From an uncultured Frankiaceae bacterium (GTDB lineage: Bacteria; Actinomycetota; Actinomycetes; BP-191), in contig CAZYXZ010000001.1 in the NCBI GenBank assembly GCA_964651395.1, positions 15,274 through 79,273 of the forward strand: a DNA stretch of 64,000 bases. The letters are read 5' to 3'. How positions within the stretch are numbered: position 1 is the stretch's first letter; each line of letters opens with the position of its first letter. Of the stretch, positions 43,337-52,796 are shown piece after piece. Position numbers and translations under genes: made by a program. The notes beneath the pieces are model-generated. The model was not told the DNA's origin. It saw only the letters and a list, made by a program, of their open reading frames with translations, and ran no database searches.

Positions 43337-44328
43337 GGGTGCGGACCGTAGGGGTCCGGTGTGACAGAACGTGCCTGCCGGTCGATGGCTGGTGCTGCAA
43401 AGTGCCCGTGGGCGCTATACAACGCAGCATCGGGACGGCCGGTGGGGGCGGTCGCGATGCCGTGCCATGGATCGGCGAGCCATCTGAAGGCCCGGGGATG
43501 CCGCGCCGCCGGGTGGTGGTGGATGCCCAGGCGGATGGCGAGGCGCTGGCTGAGCAGGGTGGTCTGCTCGCCGTGCGCCGCTCGCCGCGCCGGTTCAGCG
43601 GCGAGCTCGGCAGTCAACTCGACATGCTCTGGGAAGGTGACCGCGTTCGGGATTTGATGCTGCGGCTCGGGTCGAAAGCCGAACGCGCTGAGGTGTGCTT
43701 CCCGGGCTCGCCAGCGCGGGGCCAGCGGCCCGTACGTGCCGTCGGGACCGCGCCAGTCACTGAGGAGCGCGCCGGCGAGCGCGAACGCATGTGCCAGGGA
43801 CTGCGGGTGCTGCTGCCAGGTCAGGTCGAGGGTGCGTTGCGCCGCGACGAGCCAACGCGCGGGTGCTCGTTGTGGTCGCGGGCCCGCCAGCCACAGACCG
43901 TGGCTCGCGCAGTGGATGCGCGGCGGCACGGCCCATCGTGCCGGGTGGGCACCGGCGCGACGGCGTTGGCAGTCCGGACACACACGTGCACCCAGCGGGC
44001 TGTGCTGTGACTTCCAGTGCAGGTGCAGCCGCGATCCGGCGGGCGGTGTCTGGGACAGCGCGGGCAGGGCCCTGCGGAGTTGGGTTGGTGGGTGGCCACT
44101 GAGCACGGCAAGCGCCGCCCGCCGCTCCGGGTCGAGGGTGATGTCGTCCGCAGGGGACCAGTAGGTCCGACGCCGACTGGCCGGCTCGATAACGGCGAGG
44201 AGGGTGCGCAGCGTGAGGTGATGCGCATCGGCGAGGCGGTGGACGTAGGACAGCACGGTCTCGGCGGCTTGTGGCCGCACATGGCGGGGGAGCGGGCGCG
44301 CATCGCGCGCCGGTCGGTGGGGTGGCAT
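43333..44328 (-). CDS. tniQ: TniQ-family transposition target-selection protein
   Basis: 'ETVLSYVHRLADAHHLTLRTLL' plus a zinc-ribbon-like 'CPDCQRRR...HCASHGLW' are typical of TniQ/TnsD N-terminal domains. Confidence 0.7.
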   Translation of the reverse strand: MPPHRPARDARPLPRHVRPQAAETVLSYVHRLADAHHLTLRTLLAVIEPASRRRTYWSPADDITLDPERRAALAVLSGHPPTQLRRALPALSQTPPAGSRLHLHWKSQHSPLGARVCPDCQRRRAGAHPARWAVPPRIHCASHGLWLAGPRPQRAPARWLVAAQRTLDLTWQQHPQSLAHAFALAGALLSDWRGPDGTYGPLAPRWRAREAHLSAFGFRPEPQHQIPNAVTFPEHVELTAELAAEPARRAAHGEQTTLLSQRLAIRLGIHHHPAARHPRAFRWLADPWHGIATAPTGRPDAALYSAHGHFAAPAIDRQARSVTPDPYGPHP

Positions 44329-44332
44329 GCGC

Positions 44333-45343
44333 TCAGCGGTCGGTGCCTGTGCCGACCAGCGGGAGCCGGGAGGCGGCGGTGGTGTCGCTGCTCGCTTCAG
44401 CGAGGCCATCGCAGTCGAGCGCGTCGAGGCTGGCCCGGGTGATCGTTTCGGTGCCGTCGTCGATGGCGGCGATGGCGGCTTCACTGATCAGGTCGCTGAG
44501 GCTGCCGATGCGCCCAGCGCTGCGGGCGTGCAGGTAGGGAGCGAGCCGGCGCAGCGTGCCGGGCTTGTGCTTGTAGAGGCGAAGCGCGTCTTCCAAGTCG
44601 CCGACGAGCGCGTCCCAGAGGGCCCGGTCGTCGGCGGTGCCGTAGCGGAACGGGGTGAGGGTGACCGATCGGAATCGGCCGAGGATCTGTTCGCCGCGGG
44701 TTCCGCGCAGCAGGCCGCTTCGGTCGAGCCGGATGCCGGCGATGACGACGGTGATGCCGGTGCGTTCGGTGAGGTATTTGATCTGGTCGGAGGCTTCGGC
44801 GCCGCGGGCGGTGCCGAAGTTGAGGTTGTGGATCTCGTCGAGCAGCCACAGTTGCGTGTTGAGCGTGCGCATGTTCGCGACGACGATGTTCATCAGGTCG
44901 ACGCGGTTGCCGACCAGGTCGAGGTTGAAGAAGCGGGCGACCTCGCTGATGAACATGCGGGCGTTCGCGCCCGGCGGGACGAGGGTGTAGCCGACCGGGA
45001 TGTCTTCGTCTGCGCGTGGTGTGCGCTTGCGGTAGGCGAGCTCGAAGGAGCGGCCGGCGGCGAGCAACGCTTCGGTCTTGCCGGTGCGTGCCTCGCCGCT
45101 GACGAGCAGTCCGCGGCCGCGCCGGTCCAGTGCGCGCAGCCGTCTGGTCTGGTGCACGACCTGGCGGAGCCCAGGCGTGGCGATGACGACGTTGCGCTGG
45201 TGGTAGGCCCGACGCTCTTCGTCATCGTCCCGGCGGGCCTTCCCGCGCGTCCGTCCCCAGACCCGAGGGTCGAGCAGTGTCGGTGGTGCAGGTGCTTCGA
45301 GCTCGTCGCGCCACTGCTCATAGGTCGTCGGCGCTGGACGCAT
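44333..45343 (-). CDS. TnsC/TniB-family AAA+ ATPase transposition regulator
   Basis: Walker A 'SGEARTGKTEAL', Walker B 'LWLLDEIHNL'. Genes ordered tnsB-tnsC-tniQ. Confidence 0.7.
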   Translation of the reverse strand: MRPAPTTYEQWRDELEAPAPPTLLDPRVWGRTRGKARRDDDEERRAYHQRNVVIATPGLRQVVHQTRRLRALDRRGRGLLVSGEARTGKTEALLAAGRSFELAYRKRTPRADEDIPVGYTLVPPGANARMFISEVARFFNLDLVGNRVDLMNIVVANMRTLNTQLWLLDEIHNLNFGTARGAEASDQIKYLTERTGITVVIAGIRLDRSGLLRGTRGEQILGRFRSVTLTPFRYGTADDRALWDALVGDLEDALRLYKHKPGTLRRLAPYLHARSAGRIGSLSDLISEAAIAAIDDGTETITRASLDALDCDGLAEASSDTTAASRLPLVGTGTDR

Positions 45344-47409
45344 CAGTTCGCTCCGTCGTGCGGGTCGAACACGCCGAGACTCCTGCGTGGTCCTGTTGCT
45401 TCCCGCTGCGGGTCGACGTCGTAGCCGTCGATGCCCGCCTCAGGGAGCGGCACTGAGTGCAACCGGCTGTTCTGCCGGAGCCGTTTGCGAGCGGCTGTGC
45501 GCCGGGCAACATTGCCCGGGCCGCGTGGAGGTCCGGCTTGGACCCGATCGAGGAGGTCGCGGGCGTGCTTGGCGATCTCCTCTTGGCGGACTGGGTCGTC
45601 GCCGTCGCGGGTGAGGCGGACAGCTTGGCTCCAGATGGCGTCGCTGAAGGGGCGGTCGGCCCAGGCGCGCAGTGTCCAGGGCACGGCAATCCACTGCTCG
45701 GATTGGTCGGCGATTCGGTGGTCGCGCAGCCAGATGTGGTTGATGTCGAGTGGGTCGTGGTGGATCTCCCACTGCTGGCGGCGACCGGGCAGGCCGGATG
45801 GTTGGTCGTAGTAGGGCCGCAGCGCGGCGCTGTCGTAGATGCGGTGGTCGAGCTGGATGCCGTAGTGGTTGACGGTGCGCCAGACAGCGGGCATCAGCTC
45901 GATGTAGTCGGTCGGGCCGAGCGGCACGGGCACGTAGCCGTCGCGGGCGAGCAGCGCGGCGGCCATCTCGTTCGGGCTTAGCTGAATCTTGCTGTTCAGG
46001 GGATGCCGGAGTTTGGCGTGCTTGCGGGTCTGCCAGACGCTGACGACGAACTCGTCGAGCAGCTCCTGCAGCTCGGCCAGAGTCCAGAGCCGCTTCGGTC
46101 GCTTGTGACCGCGCTGCTGGGCGTTGCGCCCGACGTAGCCCTTGATGTGCTGCAGGAACAGGCTGTCGAAGGATCCGAAGCTGCGTTCGACGAAGGGCTT
46201 GCTGGTCGGGCGCTGCACCTGGGCCGGCGCGAAGCTGATGCCGACGTGCTCGCAGATGCGCAGGTGGGAGTCGGCGAACGCGATCTTGGCGCGATCCCAG
46301 ATCAGCGTGTCGATCATCACGACTGGTCGGGCTGCCGCGTCTTCGAGTCGTTGGTCGATGCTGATCAGCCGCTCGTAGGGCAGGGCGGAGTGCTGGAGCG
46401 CGAGGAACTCCGGCCAGCCTGGGCGCATCCGCTCCGGGACGAGGCCGCGGGCGAGCAGCAGGCCAGAGTCCACAGCGCTCGGGTCACCTGCATGCAACGT
46501 GGCGGCGAGGACACTGCGGCTCGCCGGATGCTTGAGCGTGAGCAGGTGTGGCCGGCCGACCACGCCGGGGGAGAGGATGGCTTCCACGTTGAGCACGGTC
46601 GCGTCGGCCTCGACTTCTCCGGGCGCGTAGGTGTCGCGTGGCTGGTAGGGCTGATCGGGGCGCAGTGCCGCGCTCTCGCGGGCCTTGGCACTGTCGAAAG
46701 TGTGCCGACCGCGGTCGGCCTCGTGCATCCGCCGATAGACGGTGGCCTTGCTGGGCATCGGGAAGTCCGGGCCGTGGCGTTCGCGGAGCAGCCGCTCGAC
46801 GCGCACCCGAAGCCGGCCCCGCTCGCCGGTGGACTCACCGATCTCACGGTCCATGCACTCGGTGATGGCAGCCATGAGCTCGGCGTCGCCGCGCTGACGT
46901 TGCGGTTGGGGCGCGAGTCGCCGGTCGACTAGCGCCCAGAGGCCTTCTTGCTGGTAGTCGCGGCAGTAGCGGCGCAGCGTGCCCAAGGCGATCGGGCTGG
47001 TGCTGTTGGCCGTCTGCGCGACCTTGCGTTGCTGCCGGTCGAACAGTGACGTGCTCGCCGGGTCGAACTGCGGGTCGGCCGGCAGGCCAGTGCGGGCTTC
47101 CCCGTAGAGGACCTCGCGGACATGCCGCTCGAGCGCACGAGCCGCGGTGACGATGTCTGTGCGCAACCCGTCCAAGCGTGCGTCGGCCGGCACGCGGGGT
47201 CGCTGCGAGTCGAGCAGCTCGAACGTCGGATCGGCAAGCAGGTCGCCGGCGAGAGTGGTGAGGACCTCACCGTCGTTGCCGAGCAGCGTCACCGTCGTGG
47301 TTCCGCCCGGTCGCAGCTCCCGCAGGGTGCTGAGAGCGCGCACGGAGTATGTGCGCTCAGCAAGGCGCAGCACCGCACCGATGCGCAGCATCGGCCGCCC
47401 GCCCGTCAT
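45343..47409 (-). CDS. TnsB/TniA-family (Mu-type DDE) transposase
   Basis: About 690 aa; 'VVMIDTLIWDRAKIAF...', 'HIKGYVGRN', a C-terminal region typical of the rve/Mu-transposase family. ATG overlaps the tnsA-like stop (ATGA). Confidence 0.75.
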   Translation of the reverse strand: MTGGRPMLRIGAVLRLAERTYSVRALSTLRELRPGGTTTVTLLGNDGEVLTTLAGDLLADPTFELLDSQRPRVPADARLDGLRTDIVTAARALERHVREVLYGEARTGLPADPQFDPASTSLFDRQQRKVAQTANSTSPIALGTLRRYCRDYQQEGLWALVDRRLAPQPQRQRGDAELMAAITECMDREIGESTGERGRLRVRVERLLRERHGPDFPMPSKATVYRRMHEADRGRHTFDSAKARESAALRPDQPYQPRDTYAPGEVEADATVLNVEAILSPGVVGRPHLLTLKHPASRSVLAATLHAGDPSAVDSGLLLARGLVPERMRPGWPEFLALQHSALPYERLISIDQRLEDAAARPVVMIDTLIWDRAKIAFADSHLRICEHVGISFAPAQVQRPTSKPFVERSFGSFDSLFLQHIKGYVGRNAQQRGHKRPKRLWTLAELQELLDEFVVSVWQTRKHAKLRHPLNSKIQLSPNEMAAALLARDGYVPVPLGPTDYIELMPAVWRTVNHYGIQLDHRIYDSAALRPYYDQPSGLPGRRQQWEIHHDPLDINHIWLRDHRIADQSEQWIAVPWTLRAWADRPFSDAIWSQAVRLTRDGDDPVRQEEIAKHARDLLDRVQAGPPRGPGNVARRTAARKRLRQNSRLHSVPLPEAGIDGYDVDPQREATGPRRSLGVFDPHDGAN

Positions 47410-48182
47410 GTCTCGCCTCCGGCGCGCACAAGGCTGTCCGATCGCATGGGCCGGTCCAGGTCGAGGCGCAGCCGACCGGCCCACAGCTCGTGGTAGAGCG
47501 CGGGGAGAACTCTCAGGGGGTCGCCGAAGAGCTCAGCGCCGGCGCGCAGGCCGAGCGGTTCGGCGAAGACGACGGCAAGCTGCGTGGCCAGCTCAGCGTT
47601 GCGGCAACGCGGGTGTCGGTACGCGGCGATGAATCGCAGGTTGCTGCGGTAGGGCTCAACCAATGGCCCCAGCACGCGGTAGCCCCATCCGAGCTGCGCG
47701 CACATTCGTGCAGTGGCCGTGAACGTCGTGGCGGCTGCGGTGTCGATCTGCGCCGGGTGTCGGCAGTCGACGAGGAGCCTGCTGGCGTCGGCGCGTATCA
47801 GCAGCGCGTCGGGCACATGCATCCGGTCCGACCAGACCAGCTGCATCGGCTGGCTGACGAGGGCGACAGTGTGCGGGTCAAAGTCGGCCTGCTGGAACCG
47901 GTCCCGTTCGAGTCCGGACTCGTATGTCCAGTACCGCCGTTCGGTCGCCGACCAGTACTGGCCCGACCGGGCCAAGCCCCGCCCGAGCTTGAGCACATCA
48001 CGCACCGGTTGCATCCCGGGCAGCGGCAGCGCGCCGAGGTCATCCGCGGCTAACCGGATCGGCTCGCCGTCCGCGGCCACGTAGCGCACCTGCGGCAGGT
48101 CGCGGCCCGACAGGTGAGCTGGACGTGCGGGCCGGCGTGGCGCAGCAGCGCGGAGGGTCCCCCCCGGCGCAAGCGTCCGCAT
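47406..48182 (-). CDS. TnsA-like endonuclease (Tn7-type transposition protein)
   Basis: From 'MRTLAPGG...'; 'YWTYESGLERDRFQQADFDPHTVALVSQPMQLVW...HVPDALLIRADASRLLVDCRHP' follows the TnsA catalytic-core pattern (ES..E...D..QP...PD). The last acidic/basic pair is divergent. Confidence 0.5.
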   Translation of the reverse strand: MRTLAPGGTLRAAAPRRPARPAHLSGRDLPQVRYVAADGEPIRLAADDLGALPLPGMQPVRDVLKLGRGLARSGQYWSATERRYWTYESGLERDRFQQADFDPHTVALVSQPMQLVWSDRMHVPDALLIRADASRLLVDCRHPAQIDTAAATTFTATARMCAQLGWGYRVLGPLVEPYRSNLRFIAAYRHPRCRNAELATQLAVVFAEPLGLRAGAELFGDPLRVLPALYHELWAGRLRLDLDRPMRSDSLVRAGGET

Positions 48183-48383
48183 CGACACCTCCGGGGGGAA
48201 GCAGCTGCACCTCCGGGAACTACGGAGAGTGACGAACTGCACGGGGCGTGCTGACCTCGCAACGGTACGGCTGGGAGGGGGATTCGGACAAATCGACCAG
48301 GAGGCGGACCTAGAGTGGGATGGACCTCGAGCATCGGCAGGTGACGTGTGAGCCGGACCACGGACCAGCCCGATCCGCTTGTG

Positions 48384-48731
48384 GCGCGCTATGTCGCGGA
48401 GATCGTCACCGCCATCGAGGCCGCGCGCGGCGGACGATCGCTTCGGCAGTTCGCCCAAATGTGTGGGGTGAGCGCCTCGACCTTGTCCGCGGTGATCCGT
48501 GGCCGGCGCTTCCCAGATCTGCAGACCGTCGTGCTGGTCGAGGCCGCTACCGGGATCGAGATCTGGCCGTTTGACCGCATTCGGGCCGCCGAGTTCGCGG
48601 CCTCGCGGATGCGGGTCGCAGAGTCACGCGTACGGCCCCGTGCGCAGTTAGGCCAACAGATCAGTTCCGCAGGCCGCACTCATAGGCCAGCCAGCCGGAC
48701 TCCCGGGGCCAGTCGCTGCGATCGAGGGTGA
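48384..48731 (+). CDS. XRE-family helix-turn-helix protein
   Basis: 'SLRQFAQMCGVSASTLSAVIRGRRFPDLQTVVLVEAATGIEIWPF' is an HTH_XRE-like motif. Divergent from the tnsA-like gene. C-terminal extent uncertain. Confidence 0.45.
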   Translation, partial: ARYVAEIVTAIEAARGGRSLRQFAQMCGVSASTLSAVIRGRRFPDLQTVVLVEAATGIEIWPFDRIRAAEFAASRMRVAESRVRPRAQLGQQISSAGRTHRPASRTPGASRCDRG

Positions 48732-49494
48732 CCCTCAGCCGGCGAGCGTGCGCGGTGAGCCCACGGCGGATCGCCCTTTCGATGCCGACGACATCCGGCC
48801 GGTCGTCCAGGTAGTCGCCCTGGCCCCAAACCACCCTGATCTGAGTGAGCAGTACGACCTCGGGATAGACCCACGGCTCGACGTTCCCGGCCCGCCATGC
48901 CGGCCAGTCGGCTTGATCGCAGCGTGCTGCCCAGATCCGCGCGAGGTACGGAAGCTCCAGGCTTCGCCAGGAATAGGCGACACCGATCGCCCCCCGTAGC
49001 TGCTCGAGGAAGCCGCGGTGGCCGCGGCTGCGGGCGAACATCCGGTCGAGACGGGTCTGCGCTCCAGTCAGTTCCGTGCTGCGCACCGGGGTCTTCTCGC
49101 CGACCACCTGCTCGTGCTCGGTGCAGTAGAGGAAGGGCGCGTGTGCCCACCGGGCGAGTCGCGCGCCGTCGTCACGGAGGCAGGCGGTACACCGGTACGG
49201 AACGGTGATCAGGCCGCTCTCTCGGCGCATCGTCATGCGCGGTCGCGATTCGTCGCGCAGCCATAGCGGGGGTTGGGTGACCCAGTCGCGGTAGGTGAGG
49301 GCCGGCATCGCGGAACGCAACAAGCCGACCGGTAGGCCGGACAGCGCCGATAGCTTCTCCTCGAGAGGCCCATGCGCGATCACATCCCGTGCCCGCTCCG
49401 TCGACGCGGGCAGCGCCAGCGGCAAGGCGCGCACCGGGAGGTGGTGCGCGTCGGCGAGGCGGCCCAGCCAGCTCAGCACCGTCTCGCCCGGCAC
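48661..49494 (-). CDS. TniQ-family protein (second copy)
   Basis: 'ETVLSWLGRLADAHHLPVRAL' plus zinc ribbon 'YRCTACLRDDGARLARWAHAPFLYCTEHEQ'. GTG start. Confidence 0.6.
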   Translation of the reverse strand: MPGETVLSWLGRLADAHHLPVRALPLALPASTERARDVIAHGPLEEKLSALSGLPVGLLRSAMPALTYRDWVTQPPLWLRDESRPRMTMRRESGLITVPYRCTACLRDDGARLARWAHAPFLYCTEHEQVVGEKTPVRSTELTGAQTRLDRMFARSRGHRGFLEQLRGAIGVAYSWRSLELPYLARIWAARCDQADWPAWRAGNVEPWVYPEVVLLTQIRVVWGQGDYLDDRPDVVGIERAIRRGLTAHARRLRVTLDRSDWPRESGWLAYECGLRN

Positions 49495-49538
49495 GGGGGG
49501 AACGCGGCGGGGGAGAGTCCGTGGCGACGGGTCCCAGT

Positions 49539-50483
49539 TCAGGACAGCCCCGCCTCGGCGGCGATCTGGTGGATCTCCGGGTAGCCGCGATAGCTCATCA
49601 GCGGCGACGGCGCGAGCCAGGCGAGCAGCTCACGGGTACATAGCGGCGCGTCCCGAGCCAAGTTGAGCCGGCGGCACATGATGTGCTGCAGGTCGGCGGC
49701 GAAGTGCAGCCAGTGATGACGCGCCTCGTGGTAGCCATCCGCGGTCGCGAGGTCATGGCGCAGAAGCGCCGTGGCAACCATGACGGCTTCGGGGAGCTGA
49801 AACGGCCGCACCGTCCAGCCGGTCGTCGGCCAGTCCTGGCTTGCCCGCCGTTGCTGCCAGGCCTGCTCGACCAGCGCCGGCCACCCCGGCGCGTCGCGAC
49901 CCGGGTGCCGCCAGCCACTGAACATCCGCAGGGTGCGCTTCCACGCGGACTCAGCAGCCGCAGCCGGGAAGACCCGCCACAGCCCAGACAGCTCAGCCTG
50001 TGCGCGGCGAACAGCCCCCGAACGCAAGGTGATGCCGGCGGCGTCGGTGAGCAGTAGCTGGTGTGCCGCGCAGTACAACTGCGGGCCGAGCCAACGTCGC
50101 GATGGCGCGGCGCCGCCGCGTCTGCGCGAGCAGCGCAGGCAGTATCCCGGCCAGGCACTGTCGTCGAGACCGCTGTCGTAGGACGCCGCTTCTCTGCCGT
50201 CAGGCAGCAGCGCGCGGTCGGCCGCACCTGGCAACGCGGCGGCCAGACGTCGCGTGGTTGTGCCGGCCATACAGGCGAGGTGGGCGCGGCCCGGGCGAGT
50301 GAGCCACAGATCGGTCGGCACCCAGTGGCCGGTGGCGCTCGGCGGGCCAGTGCCGAGCATGCGGGCCACGTGGTCGTCCAGGAGGTGGTTGGCTTGAGCG
50401 AGGCGACGAACGTAGGAGCCGGCGCCCTCACCGCCCACCGGCCGCACTGTTCGGGGGAGTGGTCGCAGCGGTTGGTCCGGCAT
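49539..50483 (-). CDS. TniQ-family protein (third copy)
   Basis: From 'MPDQPLRP...'; 'GEGAGSYVRRLAQANHLLDDHVARMLG' plus 'WPGYCLRCSRRRGG...LYCAAHQL'. Confidence 0.6.
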   Translation of the reverse strand: MPDQPLRPLPRTVRPVGGEGAGSYVRRLAQANHLLDDHVARMLGTGPPSATGHWVPTDLWLTRPGRAHLACMAGTTTRRLAAALPGAADRALLPDGREAASYDSGLDDSAWPGYCLRCSRRRGGAAPSRRWLGPQLYCAAHQLLLTDAAGITLRSGAVRRAQAELSGLWRVFPAAAAESAWKRTLRMFSGWRHPGRDAPGWPALVEQAWQQRRASQDWPTTGWTVRPFQLPEAVMVATALLRHDLATADGYHEARHHWLHFAADLQHIMCRRLNLARDAPLCTRELLAWLAPSPLMSYRGYPEIHQIAAEAGLS

Positions 50484-50613
50484 GGGCAACCCTGAGCGCT
50501 GACGGCGTTGTGTTGGCCCTTTCCCCAGGCTCCAGGATGCGAACCCCGAGCACGCCGGCGGACCGTTCAGGTGGCGCCAGCCGGACGGGAGACACGACCG
50601 GTGTTGCAGGCTC

Positions 50614-50874
50614 CTATCGCCGACCAGGCGGAATCGGTGACGCGTCCACCGCGGGTGTGATTCCGGGTGAGGGAAGCAGCCCGTGGTCGCGCCATTGCCG
50701 GACGATCTCGTCACGCTTCTGCTCGGCGTACCAGGTCAGGCCTGTGGTGATCACACCCGGAGGGAGCAGCAGAACCACGATCAGCAGGAGCCGCCCGCGC
50801 AGCCGCTGCCAGCGGCGCGACCAGTCGAAGTCGATGACCTCCAGGACCAGTTCAATGAACACGCTCCGCAGCAT
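50614..50874 (-). CDS. Small hypothetical membrane protein
   Basis: 86-aa ORF with one hydrophobic segment 'LLLIVVLLLPPGVITTGL'. Weak support. Confidence 0.25.
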   Translation of the reverse strand: MLRSVFIELVLEVIDFDWSRRWQRLRGRLLLIVVLLLPPGVITTGLTWYAEQKRDEIVRQWRDHGLLPSPGITPAVDASPIPPGRR

Positions 50875-50928
50875 GGCGACCGGGTGTGACAGCGAGCGGT
50901 GGTCCCGTCAGGCCGCGGTGCCTCTCCG

Positions 50929-51642
50929 TCAAATCTCGACGCGGTCGATGGGGAGGTCGGGTGGTTCGCCGAGGAACTCGATCCAGGCCCTCTTGACGCA
51001 GGGGTAGTGGGTGGAGGCCTCGACGAGGTCCAGGAACTTGGCGATGGTGTCGCTGAAGCGTGCTCTGAGCCGTTCGTCGACGAGCTCGCCGGTGTCGTCG
51101 AACGCGGTACTAGCCTGGGCGAGCGAGAACATGTCGGGGTAGATGCGGGCACCGAGATGTTCGAGTGGGACTCGTAGTGACCACAGGCCGCGGTTGCCTC
51201 CCACCATCGACGGTGATGCGGAGAGCAGGAGGCCGTGTTGCTCGTTGAAGGGCTGGGGGCTGGCGCGGGAGACCCAGTCGATGACGTTCTTCAGCGCACC
51301 GGGCATCGACGCGTTGTACTCCGGCGACACGATGACGACGCCATCGGATGCGGTCAGTCGTTTGCGCAGGGCGTGCGCCCCGGGTGGCATGCCGTCGGCA
51401 GACTCGACATCACCGTTGTAGGACGGTGCGTCGAAGTCCCGCATTGATGCGAAGTCGACGCTCGCACCGTTGCGCTCGACTGCAGTGGCGACGAGCCGTG
51501 CTAGCCGAGTGTTGAGCGACCCGGCGCGCAGGGACGCGGAGAACACCAGGATCCTCAGCGGCTCGCGGTCGGGGACGGTCCCGGCATCGCTCCGACGCTT
51601 CTCTGCCGTGCTCTGCGCCGGTGATGCCGTGGCTGGCCCCAT
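50929..51642 (-). CDS. NAD(P)H-dependent FMN reductase
   Basis: 'LRILVFSASLRAGSLNTRLARL...VVIVSPEYNASMPGALKNVIDW' is the typical NADPH-dependent FMN reductase fold. Confidence 0.75.
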   Translation of the reverse strand: MGPATASPAQSTAEKRRSDAGTVPDREPLRILVFSASLRAGSLNTRLARLVATAVERNGASVDFASMRDFDAPSYNGDVESADGMPPGAHALRKRLTASDGVVIVSPEYNASMPGALKNVIDWVSRASPQPFNEQHGLLLSASPSMVGGNRGLWSLRVPLEHLGARIYPDMFSLAQASTAFDDTGELVDERLRARFSDTIAKFLDLVEASTHYPCVKRAWIEFLGEPPDLPIDRVEI

Positions 51643-51644
51643 GT

Positions 51645-52688
51645 CTACGCGCTGGGCGTGACGACGGCCCGGCCGTCGAGCTGCCCGGACTCCAGCCGCC
51701 GGTAGGCGTCGAGAGCGTCGTCCATGCTGTAGCGCTCGATGTCAGGACGGATCTGCCCGGCGCGGTACATGGCCGCGACGTTGTAGAGGTCCTCGATCGT
51801 GCCCCAGTAGGTGTTGGTGATCGTCGCCTCGTAGGGCGTGGTGAAGAAACTCCACTCGGTGAGCCCGCCGGCGATCCCGACGACGGTGAGGCGCCCGCCT
51901 TGGGCCATGCACGCCTGGGCTGTCTTGATCGTTGGCGCGGCGCCCACGATGTCGAACGCAGCGTCGACGCCGCGCCCGCCGGTGAGTTCGCGGATCGCTT
52001 CCACCTGCCCGTCGCCGCCGGGGACAGTGACCGCACCGTTGGCTTCGGCGCGCTTCATGGCTTCCGGCTTCATGTCGGTGGCGATCACCGTGGCGCCGGT
52101 GAGCGCGGTGAGGATCTGCACGGCGATCTGACCAAGTCCCCCGAGCCCGATCACCAACGCGAAGCGACCGCCGCCGGCCAGGTTCGGCAGGGCGTTGCGG
52201 ATGGCGTGATACGGCGTCAGGCCCGCATCCGCCAACGGCGCGGCCGCGACCGGGTCGGCGTCACCGAGCGATACAAGGTTCCGCGCCGGGACAGCCACGT
52301 ACTCCGCCATCCCGCCGTCACGACCCAAGCCGAGTCCCAGATAGGGCATCGACCCCGCGTTCTCGCAGTACGTGTCCTGGCCTCGCGAACACATGCGGCA
52401 ATGCCCGCAGCCGATCGGCCCGTACACGAGGTACGCCGCGCCGACGTCGATCCCGGAGACGCCAGGTCCGAGCGTGTCGACCCAGCCCGCGTTCTCGTGG
52501 CCAAGCGTGAATGGCGGAGGAATGGAGCCCGGCGAGCCCTTCGCGAAGTCCTTGTAGAGCGCGACATCGGAGTGGCACGCGCCTGCACCGGCGACCTTTA
52601 GCAGTACCTCGCCCGGGCCGGGCTCCGGCTGGTCGACGCTTTCCAGCGTGGGGAAGGTCTGCCACTCGCTGAAGACGACGGCCCGCAT
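51645..52688 (-). CDS. Zinc-dependent alcohol dehydrogenase (MDR family)
   Basis: 'GACHSDV', 'GHENAGWV', 'CGHCRMCSRGQDTYCEN' (structural Zn), 'GLGGLGQ' Rossmann motif. Confidence 0.85.
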   Translation of the reverse strand: MRAVVFSEWQTFPTLESVDQPEPGPGEVLLKVAGAGACHSDVALYKDFAKGSPGSIPPPFTLGHENAGWVDTLGPGVSGIDVGAAYLVYGPIGCGHCRMCSRGQDTYCENAGSMPYLGLGLGRDGGMAEYVAVPARNLVSLGDADPVAAAPLADAGLTPYHAIRNALPNLAGGGRFALVIGLGGLGQIAVQILTALTGATVIATDMKPEAMKRAEANGAVTVPGGDGQVEAIRELTGGRGVDAAFDIVGAAPTIKTAQACMAQGGRLTVVGIAGGLTEWSFFTTPYEATITNTYWGTIEDLYNVAAMYRAGQIRPDIERYSMDDALDAYRRLESGQLDGRAVVTPSA

Positions 52689-52796
52689 CGCGACCTCATT
52701 TCTCCCGCCCGCAAGGCAGCCTACGCGGCAGCGGCCAAGTCACGCGCGGGCCACCAGCGGAGCTACGAGCGAACGCAGAGCAACACGGTTCACTGC

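Noticed and set aside
44327-46932. Plus-strand ORFs 44327-45424 and 46003-46932 antisense to tnsC and tnsB
   Set aside because: Asp/Gly/Ala/Val low-complexity. The minus-strand genes have Walker motifs and a DDE transposase core, and are translationally coupled.
47406-48458. Full 350-aa extent of the tnsA-like ORF
   Set aside because: The first about 90 codons are Arg/Ser/Pro-rich. The gene most likely starts at MRTLAPGG (48182), giving a TnsA-sized 258-aa product.
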